From the NCBI GenBank assembly GCA_041695085.1, contig JBGFRO010000003.1:8603-72602 (forward strand): a stretch of DNA of 64,000 nt, in the 5' to 3' direction. Under the pieces are notes generated by a model. The model saw only the letters and a list, made by a program, of their open reading frames with translations. It was not told the origin of the DNA and ran no database searches. The position numbers were made by a program, and so were the translations under genes. This stretch comes from Bacteroidota bacterium (GTDB lineage: Bacteria > Bacteroidota > Ignavibacteria > UBA10030). Below are positions 18,507-26,189 of the stretch, in pieces. Positions within the stretch are counted from its first letter, which is position 1; each line of letters starts with the position of its first letter.

Positions 18507-20048
18507 ATGTTTAGCCGTGTTCTGAGTGGTGCAACCTACGGTGTCAACGCCTTCCTTGTTGAAGTGGAGACCCACATTGAGGAGAAGACGAGTGACTTCT
18601 TCCTCGTTGGGTTACCTGACAATGCAGTAAAGGAATCCCGGTCCCGCATCTCCGCAGCTATCAAAAATTCAGACCTACAGTTTCCCCGCGGCCGTATTAC
18701 GGTGAATTTGGCACCTGCCGATGTGAAGAAGGAGGGGTCGGCATTCGATCTGCCTATTGCCGTAGGAATGCTTACAGCATCGGAGCAGTGTGCTCCTGAC
18801 TTCCTCGAACAGTTCCTGATTCTCGGTGAGTTGGCGTTAGACGGTACGATTCGTCCCATCCACGGTGCCCTCGTGATGGCGATGGAAGCGAAGCAAAGGG
18901 GACTCAGAGGAATAATTTTGCCAAAATCGAACGCACGTGAAGCAGCTCTCGTTGAGGGTATTGATGTTTATGCTGTAGAGAGCTTGAGGGAAACTGTTGA
19001 TCTTCTTTCAGGTGAAGTTCAATTGCTCAAACCTTTCACGATTGACATAAAGCGTATTTTTGAGAACGACCGGCAGTATTCGGTCGACTTTGCAGATGTG
19101 AAAGGTCAAGAGAGTGTGAAGCGGTCCCTTGAAGTTGCCGCGGCGGGTGGTCACAACATTATTCTTATCGGCCCTCCCGGATCCGGCAAGACGATGCTTG
19201 CCAAACGACTTCCGACAATACTGCCGCCGTTGACATTTGAGGAGGCACTGGAGACAACGAAGATTCATTCGGTCGCAGGACTCCTTCCCCCGGACACCGC
19301 ACTTGTTTCGGTGAGACCGTTTCGTTCACCACATCATACAATTTCGGATTCTGCACTGGTTGGAGGAGGTACGATGCCTCGTCCCGGCGAGATCTCCCTT
19401 GCGCATCATGGTGTCCTGTTTCTTGACGAGCTTCCTGAATTTGCCAGAAATGTATTAGAAGTAATGAGGCAACCACTTGAAGATGCAAAAGTTACTATCA
19501 GTCGTTCAAAGATGACTGTCGAATACCCTGCCAACTTTATGTTGGTGTGTGCGATGAACCCATGCCCCTGCGGCCACTATGGTAATCCCAATCAAGAATG
19601 TTCGTGCACACCTTTGCAGATTCAAAAATATGTCGGGAAGATATCGGGACCGTTGTTAGATCGTATCGACATCCACGTTGAGGTGCCAGCCGTCCGGTAT
19701 GCAGATCTGGCAACGAAGAGATCTGGAGAACCATCACATGTCATACGGGATCGTGTTGTGAAGGCTCGGGAAATTCAAGCCCGCCGGTTTGTTGGTCGGA
19801 AAGGAATCTTCTGTAATGCCGATATGCAGTCGAAGGAGATTAAGGAGTTTTGCCAGATCGATGACGAGGGAGCTACCTTGCTCAAAATGGCGATGCAGAA
19901 GTTGGGGCTCAGTGCGCGGGCGTACGACCGGATTCTCAAGGTGGCGAGGACGATCGCAGATCTCGCACAGAGTGAGCAAATTCGACCTGAGCATTTGAGC
20001 GAGGCAATTCAGTATCGCAGTTTGGATAGGAGCTTTTACAATGCGTAG
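18507..20048 (+). CDS. comM: YifB/ComM family Mg-chelatase-like AAA+ ATPase
   Basis: N-terminal Lon-protease-like domain (…RITVNLAPADVKKEGSAFDLPIAVG…), Walker A GPPGSGKTMLAKRL, GVLFLDELPEF, and zinc-ribbon-like CPCGHYGNPNQECSC. Confidence 0.9.
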   Translation: MFSRVLSGATYGVNAFLVEVETHIEEKTSDFFLVGLPDNAVKESRSRISAAIKNSDLQFPRGRITVNLAPADVKKEGSAFDLPIAVGMLTASEQCAPDFLEQFLILGELALDGTIRPIHGALVMAMEAKQRGLRGIILPKSNAREAALVEGIDVYAVESLRETVDLLSGEVQLLKPFTIDIKRIFENDRQYSVDFADVKGQESVKRSLEVAAAGGHNIILIGPPGSGKTMLAKRLPTILPPLTFEEALETTKIHSVAGLLPPDTALVSVRPFRSPHHTISDSALVGGGTMPRPGEISLAHHGVLFLDELPEFARNVLEVMRQPLEDAKVTISRSKMTVEYPANFMLVCAMNPCPCGHYGNPNQECSCTPLQIQKYVGKISGPLLDRIDIHVEVPAVRYADLATKRSGEPSHVIRDRVVKAREIQARRFVGRKGIFCNADMQSKEIKEFCQIDDEGATLLKMAMQKLGLSARAYDRILKVARTIADLAQSEQIRPEHLSEAIQYRSLDRSFYNA

Positions 20049-23000
20049 AAGGCTTGGCTTATTGTTTGTTATACTCGCCGTTGTTTTCTCAAGATCAGCA
20101 GCGCAAGTTGCAGAGTACTCGTTCAAGCAGCTAACCGTTGATCAGGGATTGTCACAAAATTCCGTTTACACGATCCTCCAGGACCGGAGTGGATTTATGT
20201 GGTTCGGCACAAAGGATGGATTGAATCGGTACGATGGATATCGTTTCGTCATTTTTAAGCACAACCCAAGCGACTCTACTTCGCTTGCGGATAATAGTAT
20301 TACCACACTGTATGAGGATCGACGTGGCAGGATGTGGGTGAGCACGACAAGTGCTCTGCACGTATTCGATCAAAAAACTGAGCGATTTTACCGCGTACTC
20401 TTGGTTGATCTATCTTCAAATGGACAATCACCTGTTACCGTCAATGCAATCACGGAAGACGATGAAGGAAATCTTTGGCTGGGGACGATTGCCAGCGGAC
20501 TCATCCGACTAACGGTGTCAGAAGATTACCCCCACAGTAGAGCAACCTCAGCGAAGTTTTTTGTGCATGATCCACAAAACCCCAAAAGCCTTTATAACAA
20601 TTATATCACAGCACTATATTTTGACAGTCACAAAGTGCTTTGGGTGGGAACCTTAGGTCGACTGCAATCGCTGAATCCGAGAGAACTCGAACGAGGCTTT
20701 GAGAATCATCGCATTCGAGCATCGCTCGGACGCAACGACCCAGAGGTCTATTGCCTGTACGAAGACGCCCACCGTGTGCTCTGGCTCGGTACTTCCGACG
20801 GGCTTGTTCGATATGACCGTGAGAGTAGGCGCATGATCATCTACCCGTGGAAGGGAGATGACTTTGTAGGCCAGAATCGTTCTATCAGAGCAATCGGTGA
20901 GGATGGACGGGGACGACTCTGGCTGGGAAACTTCGGCAGACTGGTGTATTTCGACCGGCAAACGGAGCAATATCGCACGGTTCCGCGGCATGTTGAGGAA
21001 ACTTCGGATTTGTTTCGCACGGGAACTGTCCAGATCCGCCGCGATCGCAGCGGCGCCTTATGGTTTGGAAGCAATGGGCATGGTGTGTTCAGACATGATG
21101 CAATTCTTTCGCGCTTCCAATCCTTTACGAAGGCCACCTCCAAGAATATCGGCTGGTCCGGGCACAGCGTTCGCTCACTCTACGAAGACTCCGAGCGGCG
21201 ACTCTGGATCGGCTCCTACGGCGGCCTCTACGTCGCAAACCCTTCACGCACAGCATTCACGCGAGCTCCAAACGTAGGCGATTTTATGGTTCGGTCGATA
21301 ACCCAAGACCCACAAGGTATCTTTTGGTTTGCCTCGGCAGATTTGATCCGATTTGACGCAAAGACAAACAATGTACGCGTATACCATCACAACCCACGCG
21401 AAGCCAAGAGCATCATGGGCAATGAGGTTGCGGGAGTACTTCAGGATCATGCTGGAACACTATGGGTCGTAGCAGGCGGAGTGCTAAGCAAATTCGAACG
21501 AACGAGTGGAAGGTTCACACAATTCGCCTTTGCCGACCCCGCAGAATTCATCTCAACGGACCCCACTCCTATCGGCATGTACGAAGACCATCGCTCTCGC
21601 ATCTGGCTTGCGACCGAGAAAGGGCTTTTTGTGTTCGACGCTGCCACGAACAGATTCAAACGCTACGTTTACGAGCCAGGAAACGAGCACAGCCTCAGCT
21701 ATTCTGTTACGCGATGTATAACACCTGACCCGCTTGAGCCCGAACGGATACTCTGGATAGGGACTGCAGGTGGCGGATTAAATCGCCTCGACCTTCAAAC
21801 CGAGCAGTTTACGGCGTTCACGGAGGAGGATGGCTTGCCGAATAATGTTGTGTACGGCATCCTGGGCGATTCGACAGGCAATTTATGGTTGAGCACGAAC
21901 AAAGGACTTGCTCGATTTAATCCCCGGACACGGACATTTCAAACCTATCTCAGTCAGGACGGCCTTCAGAGCAACGAGTATAATTCCGGAGCATATCACA
22001 AAAGCCGGCGTGGCGAGATGTTTTTCGGCGGCATCAACGGGTTCGATGTGTTTGACCCCGCGACCGTCTACGCAAATTCGTATGTCCCCGAAGTCGTGAT
22101 CACCGAGTTACGGCTCTTCAACAAACCGGTTACGCTCCATGACGCGCGGGTGAGGCTGACGGAGCCGATTTCCCTTGCCACAGCCGTGACATTTTCCTAC
22201 AGCCAAAATGTGTTCTCGTTAACCTTTGTTTCCTTGGATTATACTGCGCCAGAGAAAAACCTCTACCAATACATGCTCGAAGGCTTCGATCCGGATTTCG
22301 GTCCCGCAAGCACGATAAGAACGGCAACGTATACCAACCTCGACCCGGGGGAATATACATTTCGCGTTCGAGGTTCCAACAGTGACGGCGTTTGGAGCGA
22401 AAAAGAAGCGTCGCTTGTTATTACCGTCCTGCCGCCATTTTGGATGACATGGTGGTTCCGAACAGTGCTTGTGGTGATTATTCTCGCGCTTGGTCCCATC
22501 ATCTATTATAGACGTGTAACGGCATTGAAACGCGAACACGCGCGCCAGAGAGAGTTTTCGCGTCGCCTCATCGAATCACAGGAAAGCGAACGCAAGCGCA
22601 TCGCGGCGGAATTGCATGACAGTCTTGGCCAAAATCTGCTGGTGATGAAAAACCGGGCCGTGTTGGGGCTTCAGGATGCGCAGGTGACGGGCGCACTGCG
22701 GGACGGCCTGACGGAAATCTCCAACACAGCGTCCGCGACCTTAAAGGAGGTGCGGGAGATTTCGCACAACCTTCGTCCGTATGAACTTGACCGTTTCGGC
22801 GTTACCGAAGCAATCCGTTCAGTCGTAGAAAAAGTTCAGGCTTCTTCGGCCATTGTGTTCACGACGGCGATTGACGATTTTGACGGTTTACTGGAGAAAG
22901 AGTTTGAAATCAATCTCTACCGCGCCGTTCAGGAGTGTCTGAACAACATCATGAAACATGCCGAGGCAACACAAGCGTTCGTGGGAATTACAAAGAACAA

Positions 23001-23217
23001 CGGCTTTCTTGTTGTGACCGTTCGCGACAACGGGAAGGGATTTGAGCAGCGCGCGCTGCAATCCGGCGAACAAAAAACTGTGGGTCTTGGATTGAGTTCG
23101 CTGGAAGAGCGTATGCGTATTCTTGGCGGTTCACTGACAATCACCTCCAATCCGGGAAGCGGTACCACCATCTCAATGACCATACCACTGCGGAAACAGC
23201 CTGATGGCGCTCCTTAG
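20041..23217 (+). CDS. Sensor histidine kinase with periplasmic two-component-regulator propeller + Y_Y_Y domain, HisKA_3/HATPase_c core (NarL-class)
   Basis: Signal peptide. Many …LWxGTxxGLxxFD… propeller repeats. A Y_Y_Y-type Ig domain (…YQYMLEGFDPDFG…YTFRVRGSN…). One TM segment. H-box AAELHDSLGQNL. ATPase G-boxes (DNGKGF, GLGLSSLEERM). Confidence 0.85.
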   Translation: MRRRLGLLFVILAVVFSRSAAQVAEYSFKQLTVDQGLSQNSVYTILQDRSGFMWFGTKDGLNRYDGYRFVIFKHNPSDSTSLADNSITTLYEDRRGRMWVSTTSALHVFDQKTERFYRVLLVDLSSNGQSPVTVNAITEDDEGNLWLGTIASGLIRLTVSEDYPHSRATSAKFFVHDPQNPKSLYNNYITALYFDSHKVLWVGTLGRLQSLNPRELERGFENHRIRASLGRNDPEVYCLYEDAHRVLWLGTSDGLVRYDRESRRMIIYPWKGDDFVGQNRSIRAIGEDGRGRLWLGNFGRLVYFDRQTEQYRTVPRHVEETSDLFRTGTVQIRRDRSGALWFGSNGHGVFRHDAILSRFQSFTKATSKNIGWSGHSVRSLYEDSERRLWIGSYGGLYVANPSRTAFTRAPNVGDFMVRSITQDPQGIFWFASADLIRFDAKTNNVRVYHHNPREAKSIMGNEVAGVLQDHAGTLWVVAGGVLSKFERTSGRFTQFAFADPAEFISTDPTPIGMYEDHRSRIWLATEKGLFVFDAATNRFKRYVYEPGNEHSLSYSVTRCITPDPLEPERILWIGTAGGGLNRLDLQTEQFTAFTEEDGLPNNVVYGILGDSTGNLWLSTNKGLARFNPRTRTFQTYLSQDGLQSNEYNSGAYHKSRRGEMFFGGINGFDVFDPATVYANSYVPEVVITELRLFNKPVTLHDARVRLTEPISLATAVTFSYSQNVFSLTFVSLDYTAPEKNLYQYMLEGFDPDFGPASTIRTATYTNLDPGEYTFRVRGSNSDGVWSEKEASLVITVLPPFWMTWWFRTVLVVIILALGPIIYYRRVTALKREHARQREFSRRLIESQESERKRIAAELHDSLGQNLLVMKNRAVLGLQDAQVTGALRDGLTEISNTASATLKEVREISHNLRPYELDRFGVTEAIRSVVEKVQASSAIVFTTAIDDFDGLLEKEFEINLYRAVQECLNNIMKHAEATQAFVGITKNNGFLVVTVRDNGKGFEQRALQSGEQKTVGLGLSSLEERMRILGGSLTITSNPGSGTTISMTIPLRKQPDGAP

Positions 23218-23399
23218 GAAACGGTGACTGAGAGAGACGGAGAAATCGGAGAATAACGACGCTATACCTCTTCACGATACACAGAAAGTAAAGGTGCTAC
23301 GCAATGCCCGAAAAAGTAAGCAGTGATAAAGAGTAATGACTCAGCGAGTAAACGCCCGCCAGAACGCTCAGCGGGCTGGCAAGACCAAGTTAAGTGTTT

Positions 23400-23571
23400 A
23401 ACCACAGATTCACAGATTGGAGAAGAAGATTTGGATAAAAAGGAATTTCCCTTGATCAATTACCTGAGAATCTCTGGCTGCAAGGTGGGATTGCTGGTGA
23501 ACTTTGGAGAATCATCATTAACATGGAAGAGGGTCGTTCTTTGAGGAATGTTAATCCGTGAATCTGTGGTT
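23400..23571. repeat. Inverted repeat AACCACAGATTCAC(A/G)GATT bracketing a GxxExxY remnant
   Basis: 23400-23418 is AACCACAGATTCACAGATT (a perfect tandem CACAGATT octamer). The reverse complement of 23553-23571 is AACCACAGATTCACGGATT, an 18/19 match. Confidence 0.75.
23443..23544 (+). pseudogene. C-terminal remnant of a GxxExxY gene
   Basis: The reading frame ends …EFPLINYLRISGCKVGLLVNFGESSLTWKRVVL*. This parallels the C-terminus of the intact copy (…QLLTYMRLRNLRLGFPLNWN…IKRMV) and the family consensus. The ~95 N-terminal codons, including GxxExxY, are absent. Confidence 0.6.
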
Positions 23572-23743
23572 CATCTTTTCACTGAGCAGTTCCTATAAAG
23601 ATTTACATGTTTATCAGAATGCTATGCATGCTGCGGATGATATCTGAAAACGATGTAAAAAATGTGAAAGAAATGTGTTGGCTCCGACTCACCGTTTCTT
23701 CCATTCACCCTTTCATCTCTTCCATAAAAATGCGACAACCGTA

Positions 23744-24388
23744 ATGATCACGCTTATTATCGCGGACGACCACCCCGTATTCAGGCGCGGACTCATTCAG
23801 GTCTTGGAGTCGGACCCCGCGCTTCGAATTTCCGCAGAAGTTGGCAACGGAGAGGAGGCACTTGCAGCGATCGAACGTCATCAACCGGATATCGCCGTGC
23901 TTGATATTGATATGCCAAAAATGAACGGTTTGGAAGTGATGAAGGCGCTGAAAAAGCGACAGCTTTCCGTCAGCGTCATTGTGCTGACGATGTACGACGA
24001 AGAACGAATGTTTAACAAGGCGCTCGATTTAGGCGTGATGGGCTATGTGTTGAAGGAGAGTGCCGTGAGCGACATTCTGCAAAGCGTCAAGACGGTTGCT
24101 TCCGGCAAGCATTTTATTAGCCCGTCCATTTCCGATTTTCTCGTACGCCGTTCCCGCGGGCAAGTACCCAACGTAGGCGTCCATGGCACGTTATCCGACC
24201 TTACCCCAAGCGAGCGCCGCATTCTACGGCTGATTTCCGAAAACAAGACCAGCAAAGAGATCGCGGAAGAACTCTCCATTAGCATCCACACGGTTGAAAA
24301 CCACCGCGCACACATCTGCGATAAACTCAACATTACCGGCAACAACGCCCTCTTGCGTTTCGCGCTGGAGCATAAGTCGCTGTTATAG
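23744..24388 (+). CDS. NarL/LuxR-family response regulator
   Basis: Receiver MITLIIADDHPVFRRGL…DIAVLDIDMPKMNG… plus LuxR HTH LTPSERRILRLISENKTSKEIAEELSISIHTVENHRAHICDKL. Start set to the ATG at 23744 (the track GTG at 23675 adds a non-receiver extension). Confidence 0.9.
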   Translation: MITLIIADDHPVFRRGLIQVLESDPALRISAEVGNGEEALAAIERHQPDIAVLDIDMPKMNGLEVMKALKKRQLSVSVIVLTMYDEERMFNKALDLGVMGYVLKESAVSDILQSVKTVASGKHFISPSISDFLVRRSRGQVPNVGVHGTLSDLTPSERRILRLISENKTSKEIAEELSISIHTVENHRAHICDKLNITGNNALLRFALEHKSLL

Positions 24389-24492
24389 CGAACGAAGGGT
24401 AATTGCGTTATACTTGCCCGCCGAAGCGAAGGCGGAGGCACGAAGTGCCGCTCGCCCGAATGACTGAAGCAATTCAGTCGGGCATGGTGGTA

Positions 24493-24954
24493 TCACAACT
24501 CCGGTGGCGCAATAATCTCGACGGCGGGATATCCCTTCAAAGCGTTGACAAGATTTACCGCTTGGCGAGTTCGCACCTTGACCATGTGAGCAAAATTCCA
24601 ACTCACCAAATACTCTACACGATTGACCGTAGCAACCGCGACATGCAACGCGTCGCTACGAAATCGCTCCGAGAATACACCTTCCTCGACATAGTGCTGG
24701 GCCAGTTCCTCAGCCTCAGGAGTTATTGGTAACACCGAAAACTCTTGAGCCTTTTCGATAAGTTTTTCCCGCAGCGGATGGGGCGCGGCTTCAATTTCAT
24801 CTTGAACCAAAGTGGAGATGAATACCGTTTGACGACCGAGAGTCTCCCAAAACGTTAGCGTCATGCGTTGGCGATCGACAGCGCGGTCGTCGAACAACGC
24901 GCTGACAACTGAGGTATCCAAATAGAGGCGCTTGTCAGAGAGGACTGCGGCCAT
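24493..24954 (-). CDS. PIN-domain toxin (VapC-like), type II toxin-antitoxin
   Basis: LYLDTSVVSALFDD (first acidic PIN motif), …DEIEAAP…, …SDALHVAVATV…LVSWNFAHM. Start overlaps the stop of the upstream small gene (TAATG). Confidence 0.7.
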   Translation of the reverse strand: MAAVLSDKRLYLDTSVVSALFDDRAVDRQRMTLTFWETLGRQTVFISTLVQDEIEAAPHPLREKLIEKAQEFSVLPITPEAEELAQHYVEEGVFSERFRSDALHVAVATVNRVEYLVSWNFAHMVKVRTRQAVNLVNALKGYPAVEIIAPPEL

Positions 24955-25157
24955 TAATCGGTGGTGTGGGAACTCTTTTGAGACGCGGAACGAAGAGCCC
25001 TGAGAAGATGGAGTTGATACATCATCTCGTCCTCCGGGAACTCTTCGCGGACTGCAGCCTTGAGGGCGTCATATTCTTGGCGCGAGAGCTTTAGCTGCGC
25101 AGCAAGCTTGTCTGTCTCAAAAAAGATGCGACTATCCATACGACCGCTGTTTTCCAT
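24954..25157 (-). CDS. Putative antitoxin partner of the PIN toxin
   Basis: 67-aa charged helical protein, translationally coupled (TAATG overlap) to the PIN gene. I do not recognise a family motif. Confidence 0.5.
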   Translation of the reverse strand: MENSGRMDSRIFFETDKLAAQLKLSRQEYDALKAAVREEFPEDEMMYQLHLLRALRSASQKSSHTTD

Positions 25158-25316
25158 ACTGCTCCTAATATATGCTTTCTTTATCCAAATTCAAAAGCAG
25201 AGTATTCTGTCTTCGTGAACGTCTCTCAAGCTAAGCAGAGAGCGTATTCCCTGGCTCCACACCTACCTGCTGCCTTCTAACCTTTCTGCTTTCTGTCCCC
25301 TGGCTTGTCCCTTCAG

Positions 25317-25360
25317 GACCTCTGACTTTTGACCTCTGACCTCTGACCTCCGACCTCTGC
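25317..25360. repeat. Short tandem repeat (GACCTCTG-type octamers)
   Basis: GACCTCTGACTTTTGACCTCTGACCTCTGACCTCCGACCTCTGC: five to six imperfect units in a non-coding stretch. Confidence 0.8.
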
Positions 25361-25576
25361 ATAGTGCCTGCCCACTATAAAAATGATGGGCGGCCACGAT
25401 TGTCTCCGTAAACTCCTTCGCGTTAATTGTTGCCCACAGTGTACTCCTACTTACCTAACGTGGGCAAGCCTGCCTACCGGCAGGCCACAACCTAAACAAA
25501 ATTCTAAACCGCTAATGGACGCGAATGAGCGCGAATGCAATTAACAGAGACGACGTTGTTGTTGCTCTACTGCATC

Positions 25577-26080
25577 ATCCGTGAATCTGTGGTTATGCTT
25601 CTCAGGCGTTGAGTCCGCTGAGTAGTTACGATTCGCGTAAATTCGCGGTTCAAAAAATCCAAACCAACAGGGACTAGGACGTTCCGATGAAGATCATGAT
25701 TGTGGATGACAACCAGCAAATCCGGCAGATCATCCGCGCAGTAATTCAACCGTTCCATCCTCACGTCTTCGAGTGTGAAAACGGCGCCGAGGCCATTCAG
25801 CTCTACGAGAAAGAACGGCCGGACTGTGTGCTCATGGATATCGAAATGCAGCCGATGGACGGCATCGCCGCAGCGACATTTCTGAAACAAGTCCACCCGG
25901 AGGCGCGCATTATTTTCGTCACGCAGCACGATAGCAACCTCCTCAGAAGAGCGGCGGGGAATTGCGGGGCGGACGGCTATGTGCTGAAGGAAAACCTGAC
26001 CGAGCTGAACGAGACGCTGCGCAGACTCTTTCCGGTTCAATGAGGTATGAAGAATAACCACAGATGACACTGATTTTCAC
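25577..26080. repeat. Same inverted-repeat family bracketing the single-domain response regulator gene
   Basis: 25577-25594 is ATCCGTGAATCTGTGGTT, identical to 23554-23571. On the right, ATAACCACAGAT (26054-26065) is the perfect complement of 25583-25596, followed by a degenerate GACACTGATTTTCACAG. Confidence 0.65.
25687..26043 (+). CDS. Single-domain CheY-like response regulator (orphan)
   Basis: 118 aa. MKIMIVDDNQQIRQII…DCVLMDIEMQPMDG…IIFVTQHD…GADGYVLK, a complete receiver with no output domain. Confidence 0.85.
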   Translation: MKIMIVDDNQQIRQIIRAVIQPFHPHVFECENGAEAIQLYEKERPDCVLMDIEMQPMDGIAAATFLKQVHPEARIIFVTQHDSNLLRRAAGNCGADGYVLKENLTELNETLRRLFPVQ

Positions 26081-26101
26081 AGAACTAATTTTTTCGTTCC
26101 T

Positions 26102-26146
26102 CGTTCCCACGCCTGCCTGACGGCGGTCAGGCTCCGCGTGGGAACG
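26102..26146. other. Long two-tier GC-rich hairpin upstream of the giant gene
   Basis: Outer 11-bp stem CGTTCCCACGC/GCGTGGGAACG (26102-26112 with 26136-26146). Inner 7-bp stem GCCTGAC/GTCAGGC (26115-26121 with 26126-26132). No downstream T-tract. Confidence 0.6.
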
Positions 26147-26189
26147 TTAAGATTCTTCACACTTACACATTATTTCAAAAGGAGCTGCC

